Part shown: positions 48,032-58,163 of the stretch, piece after piece
Position numbering within the stretch: the stretch's first letter is position 1
Layout: each line of letters starts with the position of its first letter
From: an uncultured Mycoplasmatota bacterium
Lineage (GTDB): Bacteria; Bacillota_I; Bacilli_A; RF39; UBA660
Assembly (NCBI GenBank): GCA_947574215.1
Contig: CANPIX010000001.1
Location: forward strand, 15,201 to 79,200
Direction of reading: 5' to 3'
DNA: 64,000 bases
The notes under the pieces: model-generated
Seen by the model: the letters and a program-made list of their open reading frames with translations, nothing else
Databases searched by the model: none
Told to the model about the DNA's origin: nothing
Position numbers and translations under genes: made by a program

Positions 48032-49399
48032 TTAAAACCTAAAGTAAATAAAAGGTTGAAAGGAACTAGAAATTATGCTTGCTGTACTTAATAAAAGCAA
48101 AAATAGAAAATAAATAATTTCTCCAACTTCCACTCCTTTTTTTAACTTTCCTTTCCTTAAAATTTCTATTTTCTTTTTTAAAAATGGAGACATTCCTAAA
48201 AAAGACACAAAAAGTAAAACGCTGTTTTGCTTTAAATAATACAGACTCTCTCTATTAATAAACGGTGTGTTTACTCCAAACATTCCTTTCAGGAATAGAA
48301 AAAACTCATTTAAATTCGATGTATTAAACAAAATAAAACCAATCAAAACAATACAAAAAGTAAATATAGAATAAATCTTTTTCTTTTCTCGTTTCCAAAC
48401 GTATTTTTCTAAAAGCAAAAAGGCTAAAAAATAAAGTCCCCATAAAACAAAATTCCAGTTTGCTCCATGCCATAATCCTGTACAAAACCAAACGATCGCT
48501 AAATTACGAATTGTTTTTAAAATACCCTTTTTATTTCCACCTAAGGGAATATAAAGATAATCTCTAAAAAAATGAGATAAAGATATATGCCATCGCCTCC
48601 AAAAATCTGTAATGGAAGAAGCAATAAGAGGATAATCAAAGTTTTCTTTTATAGAAAAGCCAAACATTTTTCCTAAGCCAATCGCCATATCACTGTATCC
48701 TGAAAAATCGTAATAAATTTGAAAAAGAAAACCTAACGCCACCAATACGTAAGATAAAGAAGACATAGAGGAAGATAAAATAGAAGTATACATTTGATAG
48801 ATTGTATTGGCAAGTAAAGTTTTTTTAGCTAGCCCTATTGTAAATCTTTTAGTCCCTTCTCCAAATAAAATAAGATTTTCGTTTCTTTTATCAATTTCCA
48901 ATGCCATATCTTTATATCTTAGAATGGGACCAGCAATTAACTGAGGAAAAAAAGTAATGTACGTTGCGTATTTTAAAAAATTAGTTTGCTCTTTTACTTG
49001 TCCGCGATACACATCTACCAAATAGCTTATATTTTGAAAAGTAAAAAAACTAATTCCCAATGGTAAAACAATAGAAAGCGATTTTATATTTATGGAAAAA
49101 ATTGTTGAAAAAGTATTGAAAAAAAAGTTGCAATATTTATAATAAAATAATAAACCTAAATTGAAACATAGTCCTATAATTAATATTTTCTTTTTCCCTT
49201 TTGGAATCCAAAGACCAAAGAAGTAATTAAAAAAACAAGTAAGCAAAAGCAAATTGACAAATTTCTTTTCTCCCCAAAAGTAGAAAAGAAGACTAAAGAT
49301 CACTAAAATAAAATTGCGATACTTTTTGGAACTTGCGTAATAAAATATAAGTAATAAAGGCAAAAAAAAGAAAAGAAAGCTTACACTTGAAAATACCAT
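48032..49399 (-). CDS. MBOAT family O-acyltransferase (DltB/AlgI-like)
   Basis: WRRWHISLSHFFRDYLYIPLGG MBOAT His motif. Polytopic. Confidence 0.8.
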   Translation of the reverse strand: MVFSSVSFLFFFLPLLLIFYYASSKKYRNFILVIFSLLFYFWGEKKFVNLLLLTCFFNYFFGLWIPKGKKKILIIGLCFNLGLLFYYKYCNFFFNTFSTIFSINIKSLSIVLPLGISFFTFQNISYLVDVYRGQVKEQTNFLKYATYITFFPQLIAGPILRYKDMALEIDKRNENLILFGEGTKRFTIGLAKKTLLANTIYQMYTSILSSSMSSLSYVLVALGFLFQIYYDFSGYSDMAIGLGKMFGFSIKENFDYPLIASSITDFWRRWHISLSHFFRDYLYIPLGGNKKGILKTIRNLAIVWFCTGLWHGANWNFVLWGLYFLAFLLLEKYVWKREKKKIYSIFTFCIVLIGFILFNTSNLNEFFLFLKGMFGVNTPFINRESLYYLKQNSVLLFVSFLGMSPFLKKKIEILRKGKLKKGVEVGEIIYFLFLLLLSTASIISSSFQPFIYFRF

Positions 49400-49409
49400 A
49401 TAGCCTCTT

Positions 49410-49916
49410 TTATTTTAAATTTTCAAAATTGGTTTTTATTTTAGGAGCAAGTTCGTTCGACATGATTAATACTACTAAATCCCCTTTAGATAAAACGTAA
49501 GTATTTTCAGCTTCTACGCAGATCCACTTTCTAGGATTGGCATTCTTTTTTATGTCTTCTACAATTTGATTGGCTTCGTTTTCATTTTCAAGACGAATTA
49601 AAACAACCGAATGAGCCATAGAACTAATTCCTTCACTTGCTATAGCTTCTTTATAATTTGCTTTTGTAAAAGCAAAATACTCAAAATTTTCTTCCGTTAA
49701 AGTAATATTATCAAGCATCATTGGTTTTTCTTCTTCGGAAATTCCCTCATAAAGTTTTTCCATAATTTCAGGTAATGTTCCTTCAATATTTTTTGATTGG
49801 ATTTCTTCTTTTCCACATCCTACTAATAAGAATGCTATTGTAATTATGCTTATTGCATACATTATTTTTTTCATACGTTTTTCCTTTCTTTCACTTTTTA
49901 TTTTTCTCGTTTCCAT
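49410..49916 (-). CDS. lipoprotein (DUF4358-like)
   Basis: Lipobox LLVGCG. Confidence 0.5.
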   Translation of the reverse strand: METRKIKSERKEKRMKKIMYAISIITIAFLLVGCGKEEIQSKNIEGTLPEIMEKLYEGISEEEKPMMLDNITLTEENFEYFAFTKANYKEAIASEGISSMAHSVVLIRLENENEANQIVEDIKKNANPRKWICVEAENTYVLSKGDLVVLIMSNELAPKIKTNFENLK

Positions 49917-50440
49917 TTTTCTAATTTGTATCCTTTTTCTTGCAAATGAGTTCGAAAGTCTTCTGCAAAATCTAAAAACTTTTCTCTTTCTTCCACTTGA
50001 TAAATATTCTTAGGTCCATAAAGAGTTTTACTATCTGTACCACTTATGTTTAATAGTTCCCCATATTCTCGAGAGCCTTTTTCATAAATAAAGCACAATT
50101 GTTGGCATTTAGAATTATAAGAGACATTAACTACTTTACTCATATCTATAGGACAAGCCTCAGAATAATCTCCTAAATTGCTATCCACTTGAATTAATAC
50201 TACATTAAAGTCACTTTTACGATACCCTACAATGTAATAGTAAAATGAAGTTGTGTTGGTATCAAATACAAAACCATGCTCAAATTTAGACGAGGTCATA
50301 TAAGCGTAAAGTATGTCATAAGAATCTCCGTTTTCTACCGTTTTATTAAAGATTTCTCTCATTCTCTTTTTCTTTAATTCACAATCTTCTTTATCATACT
50401 CTGGTAATAGTTCTTTTTTCTTTTTTGAAAACAATCCCAT
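49898..50440 (-). CDS. hypothetical protein (start set at internal ATG 50440 with GGAGAA Shine-Dalgarno; the track extends to 50611)
   Basis: The MGLFSKKKKE start has a good Shine-Dalgarno. The longer ORF would overlap the upstream gene by ~440 nt. Confidence 0.35.
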   Translation of the reverse strand: MGLFSKKKKELLPEYDKEDCELKKKRMREIFNKTVENGDSYDILYAYMTSSKFEHGFVFDTNTTSFYYYIVGYRKSDFNVVLIQVDSNLGDYSEACPIDMSKVVNVSYNSKCQQLCFIYEKGSREYGELLNISGTDSKTLYGPKNIYQVEEREKFLDFAEDFRTHLQEKGYKLEKWKREK

Positions 50441-50607
50441 AATACATTCTCCTTTATTTCTATTAATAGAATAACGCAAAAAATTCTTTTTGACAATTCT
50501 TATTTTAAGTTCTGTGTATTTTATCTTTTTTCTTTTCCTTTTACTACTGCTTTCACTATTGTTATAAAGTATAAAAAAATATCTAATTTTTAGATATTTT
50601 TTAAAAT

Positions 50608-51048
50608 TCATATTTCATTTTCTACTTTTCTTTTTTCTTGAGAAAGTTTTGATGTTTCTATAAGATTTACAAAAAAGAGTATTAAACTTCCTATTAAAAA
50701 AACTGAATAAAGTGTTCCTACTGTAGATCCTGATTTTACCCCTTCTATATTGGCAAACATTTTGCCATTTGAAAAATAAGCTTTCACATTTTTTCCTTTA
50801 GGATAAGCGTACACGCTATGTGCATTCCCTAAATTGTATGTTTTTCCTTCATAATTCACTTTTACTTCATATTGTGTATAGGTAGAACCATTTTTTTTAT
50901 TTTTTATCTTTTTTTCTTCAGCACTTATAACCGTTACGGTTACTTCTTCATATTTAGGATTGCTTTTCTTTACCCCAAACCAAAGCCCAATTGTAACCAC
51001 AAGACAAATGCCGAATAAAATCCACAAAATTTTCACTTTATTTTTCAT
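50608..51048 (-). CDS. small membrane protein (DUF3592-like)
   Basis: N- and C-terminal TM helices flanking a beta-rich segment. Confidence 0.4.
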   Translation of the reverse strand: MKNKVKILWILFGICLVVTIGLWFGVKKSNPKYEEVTVTVISAEEKKIKNKKNGSTYTQYEVKVNYEGKTYNLGNAHSVYAYPKGKNVKAYFSNGKMFANIEGVKSGSTVGTLYSVFLIGSLILFFVNLIETSKLSQEKRKVENEI

Positions 51049-51060
51049 AAGTACCTCTTT

Positions 51061-51609
51061 CTATCTCAATGAAATTATTGTACATTTTCCATGTTTTAAA
51101 GAGAACGTAGCGGAAAAGGTTCTTTCGTTTTTATCTACCCAAATGTATCTATCGCTTGAAGATGTTTTTCCGGCAAGAATACCTTCTATCCCTCCTAATT
51201 TTTCTACCATTTCTTTATAAGTATAAGATTTTCCTTTGTTTAAATCTTCTTTTAAATCGTTATAGATAGAAAAATCTAAATTTTCATTCTTTATAGTTGC
51301 TTTTTCAATGGTTGCTTGAATCATTGGACTTGATGTATTTGTAAGAATAATATAATTTTTGTTATCCAATTTCCAAGTGTATTTATCTTCTTCTCCATTT
51401 TTGCTTTTTTCTGCTTCAAAACCAATAATTTCATTAATTTCTTCTGGTGTATTTTTAATGTTTATCGTTTTCATGCAATCTGTAATTTCGCATTTACTTT
51501 GCACTTTTGGAGTATTGTCTTCTTTCTTTGTTTCTGTAGTGTTGTCAGAACATCCTGTTAAAATTGACAAAGATAAAAATCCAATTAAAACTATTCTTAA
51601 TTTTTTCAT
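51061..51609 (-). CDS. lipoprotein
   Basis: Lipobox ILTGCS. Confidence 0.45.
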   Translation of the reverse strand: MKKLRIVLIGFLSLSILTGCSDNTTETKKEDNTPKVQSKCEITDCMKTINIKNTPEEINEIIGFEAEKSKNGEEDKYTWKLDNKNYIILTNTSSPMIQATIEKATIKNENLDFSIYNDLKEDLNKGKSYTYKEMVEKLGGIEGILAGKTSSSDRYIWVDKNERTFSATFSLKHGKCTIISLR

Positions 51610-51792
51610 TTTTCAAAACTCACTTTCTATTAAAAGTATAGCATATTTTTTTAGTATGTCTATTTTTTTTTGACAAATCTTTTTTATAATTACAAGTTAT
51701 TTTCAGTTATTATTAAGTCGTTTTCCTTTTTATATTTTACAATAATAAATTTTCAAATATTTTTTCTGTACGATTTTTAAGGACAAAGTATA

Positions 51793-52071
51793 TTAACCTT
51801 CTCTACTTCTAAATTTAACTTTCTTTTCATCCATTTTATGTGCTGTAATAATTGTATAACTGTAAATATTAACAGTAATTATTAAATTATCCATTTCACA
51901 ATACCAGTTTTTTCCTTTCTTAGTGATATTGCATTTTTTATTTAAAATTATATTTTTGCAATACTCAACCACATCGTCTCTTTCTAAATTAAGATTTTTC
52001 TTAATTCTTTGTACTCCCATCGGAGTTGTATGTATTTTTTCAATATTTTCTACTAAAATTTCTTGCTTCAT
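51793..52071 (-). CDS. DUF3781-like small protein
   Basis: IHTTPMGVQRIKKNL motif. Confidence 0.4.
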   Translation of the reverse strand: MKQEILVENIEKIHTTPMGVQRIKKNLNLERDDVVEYCKNIILNKKCNITKKGKNWYCEMDNLIITVNIYSYTIITAHKMDEKKVKFRSREG

Positions 52072-52096
52072 TTTTTACCTCTTTTACCAGATTTTT

Positions 52097-53926
52097 TTAA
52101 AACAATTTATCAACCCATTTAATGTATTCGTAAACCAAATTGCTTTTGCGACTATCTACAATGGTTTTTTTGGCAAGTTCTATGTCATCAGTAATTATAT
52201 TATCTACTTTTAATTCAATCATTTTACGCATGACTTCTTCACTATTAATCGTCCAAGCATAAATTTCTTTTTCTTCTTTATGAAGAGAGTTTACTAAAGA
52301 AAAAGTAATATTGGAAGCTTCTAAACTAAAAATATCGGCGCAGGAAAATGCATCTATATTTCCATAAAAAACACTAGCTACATAAATCGTTTTGATCGTG
52401 GAATCTATTTTTTTAGTTTTTTCTAAAACCGAATAGTTCTGTGAAGCAATAAAAGAATTTTCCATATAGCCAATTTCTTCAATGGCATTGATTACAGAAG
52501 ATTCAAAATTTGTTTCTTTCCCAGTGGGTTTTAATTCAATGTTTAGTTTTATGTTGTTTTTTTTAGCCCAAATCAAAACTTCTTTTAAAGTTGGTATTTT
52601 TTCTCCTCGAAAATCTTCTTTAAAATGACTTCCGACTTCTATATTTTGTAATTCTTCTAAAGACAATTCCCAAATGTATTTTTCCACTCCTGCAACTCTT
52701 TTTAAACTTTTATCGTGCATAACTACAATTTCTCCATCTTTGGTTTGTTGTACATCTAGTTCTATATAATCGGCTTCTAAGTTTTTTGCTCCTACGAAAG
52801 CCACCATTGTATTCTCCGGATAATTTGCAGAAGCTCCCCTATGAGCCGTTATATCTATTTTTCTTATGTATTCAATATTTAAATCGTATGTTCCCTTATA
52901 AATTCCATAAGTAAAAACTAACCCCATTCCAAAAGTAATAGTGAAGAGAATGACAAATATTTTTTTTAATATTTTATTGGTATTTTGACTATCTTTTGTA
53001 AAATGAATGGGCAAATGAAAGATTTTCTCTTGTTTTTTTGTTTTGTGTATGTAAAATAAAGAACTAATACATGCATAACTAATTGGAGTGGCAAGAAGCG
53101 TAAAAATTAAAAAAGAAATGGCTATAAATCCAGAAATAATTGTGGTCAAAAAACTTTTTAATAAAATGTTTTCAAACCATTTGGAAAATAAAAATATAAT
53201 TAGTATACCTATTCCTATAAAAAGGACATAAATTAGAAAAAAGAGAAACTGCACAAAAATTAAAGTACACCAATCTTTTAAATGCTTCTTGTAACCAAGA
53301 ATCGAACTTTTTCTTTTTGCTTCTTTAAACGAAACATTCTCTAAAATGTAATAGTGAATTGCATACAACCATTTTAGAATTAAAAATATAAAAAATAAAA
53401 GTATAAAGGTAACAAATAGAAAGAGAAAACCATTTTTTTCAAGGCAATCTTTTATATAATCAGGAATGCGAATCGATGAAATAAAACTTGAACTAATTCC
53501 TACATTTAAAAAAGGAATCAGAAACAAAATTAAAATTGCTAGAGATAGGTTTTTCAAATGAAACATATTTTTACATTTTTTTAAAGATATCCCTATAGCT
53601 TCTATAATTTTAAGTTTTTGCTTTTGCTGAGAGTAATCCAAAATAACAACAATCGTAGTGATATCAAACATGGTATAAACCATCATTAATAACAGAAGAA
53701 ATAGCAACAACAAAAAAGTAATAGGATGAGCAAAAAAAGAATACAAATTTTCAAACGTTAAATAAGAATATCCTCTAAATTTCATAATAAATTCAAATAA
53801 ATGAGCAAAAAAGGGTGTAAAGAAAAAAACAGAAAGTAACTTAAATAGAAATTCAAAACCAATTAATGTTTTTATATTGTATAGTAACATTTTTTTGGTT
53901 TCTTTTATATACTTCATAAAACACAC
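52097..53926 (-). CDS. membrane-anchored glycerophosphodiester phosphodiesterase
   Basis: About 8 TM helices, then GDPD domain (ITAHRGASANYPENTMVAF...ELDVQQTKDGEIVVMHD). Confidence 0.8.
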   Translation of the reverse strand: MCFMKYIKETKKMLLYNIKTLIGFEFLFKLLSVFFFTPFFAHLFEFIMKFRGYSYLTFENLYSFFAHPITFLLLLFLLLLMMVYTMFDITTIVVILDYSQQKQKLKIIEAIGISLKKCKNMFHLKNLSLAILILFLIPFLNVGISSSFISSIRIPDYIKDCLEKNGFLFLFVTFILLFFIFLILKWLYAIHYYILENVSFKEAKRKSSILGYKKHLKDWCTLIFVQFLFFLIYVLFIGIGILIIFLFSKWFENILLKSFLTTIISGFIAISFLIFTLLATPISYACISSLFYIHKTKKQEKIFHLPIHFTKDSQNTNKILKKIFVILFTITFGMGLVFTYGIYKGTYDLNIEYIRKIDITAHRGASANYPENTMVAFVGAKNLEADYIELDVQQTKDGEIVVMHDKSLKRVAGVEKYIWELSLEELQNIEVGSHFKEDFRGEKIPTLKEVLIWAKKNNIKLNIELKPTGKETNFESSVINAIEEIGYMENSFIASQNYSVLEKTKKIDSTIKTIYVASVFYGNIDAFSCADIFSLEASNITFSLVNSLHKEEKEIYAWTINSEEVMRKMIELKVDNIITDDIELAKKTIVDSRKSNLVYEYIKWVDKLF

Positions 53927-54017
53927 TTCTTTCTATTGATTATTATAAAAAAGTGTATCCTTACAAAAATACACTTTTTTAAATTTTTCGTTATTTTTAT
54001 GGACCTTCTTCATTTTT

Positions 54018-54578
54018 TTAAGATTCTTCTGTTAAAAAATAGGATTTTAATTTTTTCAAATTTTCTGTCTCAATAAATACATAGATATTTTTTTCCTTCG
54101 TATAGAAAGTTGTTCCATCGTACTCTACGATTAAATTGTTTTCGCTATCAAAAAATTGCCATATTTTTCCCAAATGATTGTCATTTTTATTTTCTTGCCA
54201 AGTTGCGATTGCAAAAAGATTGACTATCTCTTTTATAGTTTCTTCCTCTTCTACTACTTGATATTCTTTATATTTATGCTGATTATCCAAAGTCTCTAAA
54301 GTACCTAAAGAATCCTCTATTCCAAGAATTATTTTTTTTGTAGTTTGAAGTTTTTCAAAAAGCATTTTTACTTCTTTTTGCCCTGCTTCTTTTTTCTTTT
54401 TTTCCTCTAATTCTTTTTTTTGTTGTTCTTCTTTTTTTTCGTTTTCAATTTGTTCATTTTTGGCTTTATTTTCTAGAATTTTTTCTTCTTCTTTTTTAAA
54501 ATGATTAAAGGTAAAAATTAAAGTAGTACCTAAACCTATTAATATCAAAATTAATAATACTATTTGTTTTATTTTCAT
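54018..54578 (-). CDS. hypothetical membrane-anchored coiled-coil protein
   Basis: N-terminal TM helix and a KE-rich region. Confidence 0.3.
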   Translation of the reverse strand: MKIKQIVLLILILIGLGTTLIFTFNHFKKEEEKILENKAKNEQIENEKKEEQQKKELEEKKKKEAGQKEVKMLFEKLQTTKKIILGIEDSLGTLETLDNQHKYKEYQVVEEEETIKEIVNLFAIATWQENKNDNHLGKIWQFFDSENNLIVEYDGTTFYTKEKNIYVFIETENLKKLKSYFLTEES

Positions 54579-54622
54579 TCGTGTAACACCTTTTCTTCTC
54601 TTCTTTTTCTAAAAACTTTTTT

Positions 54623-54940
54623 TCACATTCCTTGTTTTTTCTTCGCTTTTTTTGGTAAACATTTACATGTTTCTAAAATTATTTCTTTGATAAAATCTTG
54701 ATTTTCCATATCTTCTATAAGATACATAGGTTTCGCACCATCATAAGGTATCTCTTCTTTTAAATTGTATTTTTCATTACTTTCTACTTTTTTAATCAAC
54801 AATCGATTGTTGTAAAGTCCTCCAAATAAAATATCATCGTAATATAGCAAATACTCTCCCATCATTGGTTTAAAAGTTATACTCTCAAGTACATTTAATT
54901 GTTCTAAAACATATTCTTTATAATCATTTGTGGTTCTCAT
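54623..54940 (-). CDS. TfoX N-terminal domain protein
   Basis: MMGEYLLYYDDILFGGLYNNRLLIK pattern. Confidence 0.55.
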   Translation of the reverse strand: MRTTNDYKEYVLEQLNVLESITFKPMMGEYLLYYDDILFGGLYNNRLLIKKVESNEKYNLKEEIPYDGAKPMYLIEDMENQDFIKEIILETCKCLPKKAKKKQGM

Positions 54941-54985
54941 ATTTTTTCCCTTTCTCTTTTTTTATTTTTTCCTTTTTGGTAGGTT

Positions 54986-55402
54986 TTATAATTCAATATC
55001 AACGGATTTAAAATTACTATAATATCTTGCCGATATAGTTGTGAATTTTAAAACACAATAATCGGGATCCGTTTTACCACCTTTGTAATACATTGTATCT
55101 CCAAGTTTCCATAATTTATTTTTTGACTCTTGATCTTCTAATACTTCTATTGTTCCTTTAAGCATTACTCCTCTATAAAATCTTTTGTCACAAAAATACA
55201 AACAAGACTTTCTATTGTTTTTAAAAGATTGTACTTTTAAAGAGGAAGTATTTGTTGATAGATATATTTCTTTTAACCCGTTTCTTATTCTAGGTTTTAA
55301 CATCGCTTTTGTATTTGGAAATCCATCTTTATCAATAGAACTTATATAACAAATACTTTGCTTATCCATTATATTTCCTATAGTTTTCTTGGCATCTTTC
55401 AT
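54986..55402 (-). CDS. pyridoxamine 5'-phosphate oxidase family protein (FMN-binding split barrel)
   Basis: ICYISSIDKDGFPNTKAML...GVMLKGTIEVLED pattern. Confidence 0.55.
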   Translation of the reverse strand: MKDAKKTIGNIMDKQSICYISSIDKDGFPNTKAMLKPRIRNGLKEIYLSTNTSSLKVQSFKNNRKSCLYFCDKRFYRGVMLKGTIEVLEDQESKNKLWKLGDTMYYKGGKTDPDYCVLKFTTISARYYSNFKSVDIEL

Positions 55403-55524
55403 AATTTTAACTCCATTTTTAGTTTGATGAAATTTAATATATATTCCTATTATAACACACCCTAATTTACAAAAATAGAATTTTTTAAATGAATGTAATT
55501 ACTGTTACGTTCATATATTTTTTT

Positions 55525-55998
55525 CTAATTTTTATAATACTCTTCATTATCAATAACACAATATTTTAGAGCTTTGTCTTTATCTTGGACAATAAATATA
55601 TCTTTAATGCCTCCATTGGCTTCTAAACTATTACACCAAGCTAAATAAAACTTTGTTTCAAAAAAATTTTCTTTCGTTTCAAAATATACAGAACCTCCAT
55701 CATTAGAAGCATTGTATACTTCCATATTTTTTATCCAATCTTCCATTGTTGTTTTTTTTGATTTTAATTCGTTTTTTAAATTGTGTTTTTTTCCGTTTTC
55801 ATCTAAGTAAACAATCTTTTTTAAATAAGAATAAATCTTTCTTCCTTCTTCAAGTTCATAATACAAAATCAAATTATCTTCTTTTGTTTTTTGTTCAATC
55901 CAATTTTGACGAATTAAATCTTTCCCTGTTCGTTCTACTTCTTTTTTGCATCCTGTTACAAGAAATAATAGACAACAAATCATTAGAATTTTTTTCAT
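55525..55998 (-). CDS. lipoprotein
   Basis: Lipobox LVTGCK. Confidence 0.45.
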   Translation of the reverse strand: MKKILMICCLLFLVTGCKKEVERTGKDLIRQNWIEQKTKEDNLILYYELEEGRKIYSYLKKIVYLDENGKKHNLKNELKSKKTTMEDWIKNMEVYNASNDGGSVYFETKENFFETKFYLAWCNSLEANGGIKDIFIVQDKDKALKYCVIDNEEYYKN

Positions 55999-56128
55999 TT
56001 TAACCTACTTTCTTATCACGTACAGTATAACAAAAAAAGAACAATACTTAAATACGTTTTGCTCTTTTTCTTTTATTTAATTCTATAGAATCTCTAGTAT
56101 ACTAAACTTAGATTTCTAAAAATATTTT

Positions 56129-56707
56129 CTATTCCTTTTTAGAGGTATACATGATTCCTGAAGATTCTAATTGCAATTGATACCCATACTTAAAAATATA
56201 AATCATACTGAATAGAAATAATATTTGTATTAAATCAAATAGTTCCCAGCCACTTATACTATCTGTATTTAACAATTTTGAAACTATAACTCCACTTATA
56301 TTTGATAGAAGAGTTGCTACAATCATGAAACAAGCTATTTTTCGAATAAAATTAGTATTTTCTAAAGTAAATGGTGTATCTCCTTGATGAATATTAATAA
56401 ACAATTTTTCTAACGTAGAAAATATACGCAGAGTTAAAAATAAAGTAATACACAGTGTTAGAAATCCTATTTCTATATAACCCACAATGAAATATTTAGA
56501 ATTATGGTTTAATGCATCCATCATTTTAGAATTTTTTCCTATTAGAATTACATTTTCGTTGTATTTTAAGGTGAACTTGTCTCTATCATTTATGATCTTT
56601 AATTTGTCATTGTTCCATACAAGTTTATTTTCTTTCACTTCAACATTATGAAAAAAAATGGAGTAACTATCATTATTAAAACTATAAACAATAAGGCTAT
56701 TTTGCAA
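56129..56707 (-). CDS. DUF2975-like membrane protein (start uncertain, possibly the internal MMDALNH)
   Basis: Four TM helices in the C-terminal ~130 aa. The tracked N-terminus overlaps the upstream HTH gene by 73 nt. Confidence 0.4.
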   Translation of the reverse strand: MQNSLIVYSFNNDSYSIFFHNVEVKENKLVWNNDKLKIINDRDKFTLKYNENVILIGKNSKMMDALNHNSKYFIVGYIEIGFLTLCITLFLTLRIFSTLEKLFINIHQGDTPFTLENTNFIRKIACFMIVATLLSNISGVIVSKLLNTDSISGWELFDLIQILFLFSMIYIFKYGYQLQLESSGIMYTSKKE

Positions 56708-57030
56708 AAAATATTTCCGATTTTAGATGCGATTGCAATAGTTTTACTTAATCCTTTTATTTTTTGTTGTTCTTCTTTTTGTAATTTCACAACATTGTTT
56801 TTGGTTTCTTCATCTAATCCTTCTTTATCAATAATTTTGTCATTTACTAAATCGTTAATACAACAATGAAAAATTTTACAAAGTTCTAAAATATTATTCA
56901 TTTCAGGATAAGCTTCCCCTGTTTCCCATTTACTAACTGATTGTCTTGAAACTCGCATTTTTTCAGCCAAATCTTCTTGGGATAGTTTTTTACTTTTTCT
57001 TAATTTTTTTAAATTATCTCCAAATTTCAT
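56635..57030 (-). CDS. HTH XRE-family transcriptional regulator with C-terminal TM anchor
   Basis: LSQEDLAEKMRVSRQSVSKWETGEAYP. C-terminal hydrophobic helix. Confidence 0.65.
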   Translation of the reverse strand: MKFGDNLKKLRKSKKLSQEDLAEKMRVSRQSVSKWETGEAYPEMNNILELCKIFHCCINDLVNDKIIDKEGLDEETKNNVVKLQKEEQQKIKGLSKTIAIASKIGNIFCKIALLFIVLIMIVTPFFFIMLK

Positions 57031-57375
57031 AAATTTCCTCCTTTTTACAATTATAATCTTACAATAAAAACTTTTTTTAAGATACCAACTTTAAGTTGCG
57101 TTTTTTGTAGGAATTCAAAAAAATTTGTTTTATACTTCTTGTTGAATTTAAATTTTAACAAAATGTGTTATCGTTTTATTATTTTCTTTACTTTTTCATT
57201 ATTGTTTTTCTTATAAAAATAAAAAAATTTAAAAGCCGTTTTTTTAAATTTACTTGCTTTTAAATTTAGTGTTTCTAAAAATGTTATTTTTTAATCTTTT
57301 TTTATTAATTTTATAAAAAAATCATAACTTACCAAAAATCCCTTGCCTTACTATTTTTTAAAAGAAACAAAAATA

Positions 57376-58119
57376 CTATTTTCTTTTTTCTAAATAAGAC
57401 ATTGCTTTTTTGGCTTGCTCGTATTCTAGGAAATGGTTAATTTTATACGTTTTGCCGTCTTTTATAAAGTTAGAACCCGTTTGATGAAAATCAAATTTCA
57501 CTTGATATTTTTTACAGGTTCTTTGAATGCTTTCTACCCAGGAAAAATCACAAATGCGTGCGTTTTCATAAGACTCACCACTTACAGAAACTTTCTCAAT
57601 TTTTCCTGTACTTAAATAAGAACTTAGGTCTATATTTTCTAATAAAGGTGAAGCAAAAATAAATCGGTGTTTTATTTTACACTTTAAAAATAAAGGAAGT
57701 CTTTCATGTACTTTTTCTTGATTCTCACAAGTTACGGCGATTATAACATTTTCGTATCCTTCGCCCCAATCTGTTGGAATACATTCGTTAAAACGTTCAA
57801 TACGTTTGGTGGGAATTAAAAAGGTTACATCACTTCGAAGTTTGATAATTTCCCAAGCTTCATTTCGCCATAAATCAGCTTCTTCTAAGAAAAAATCGGA
57901 GGTAAAACAAGTTGCAAGTTCACTTTTAGGTTTAATTTTGTATTCGCCATTTTTATCTTTTTTTAATGGTAAATAAAAATTAGTTTTGGACTTTGTAATC
58001 ACACTTGTATCAATACTTCGTTTGGAATCTAAATAATAAACGTAACAATGAAGGCAACCAGGGCTGCATTTATGACACCCATGCCAAGGATTCCATTGGA
58101 TTTTTTTCATGGCCATCAC
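57376..58119 (-). CDS. phage Gp37/Gp68 family protein (DUF5131)
   Basis: IQWNPWHGCHKCSPGCLHCYV N-terminal signature. Confidence 0.6.
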   Translation of the reverse strand: MMAMKKIQWNPWHGCHKCSPGCLHCYVYYLDSKRSIDTSVITKSKTNFYLPLKKDKNGEYKIKPKSELATCFTSDFFLEEADLWRNEAWEIIKLRSDVTFLIPTKRIERFNECIPTDWGEGYENVIIAVTCENQEKVHERLPLFLKCKIKHRFIFASPLLENIDLSSYLSTGKIEKVSVSGESYENARICDFSWVESIQRTCKKYQVKFDFHQTGSNFIKDGKTYKINHFLEYEQAKKAMSYLEKRK

Positions 58120-58163
58120 CTTATTGTTAGTATATCATATCTTTTTTAGTTGGTTTTAATAAA

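Noticed and set aside
49898-50611. Full 237-aa ORF as annotated in the track
   Set aside because: Its first 57 codons overlap the upstream lipoprotein gene and are Lys/Arg-rich junk-like sequence. The internal ATG at 50440 has a proper Shine-Dalgarno.
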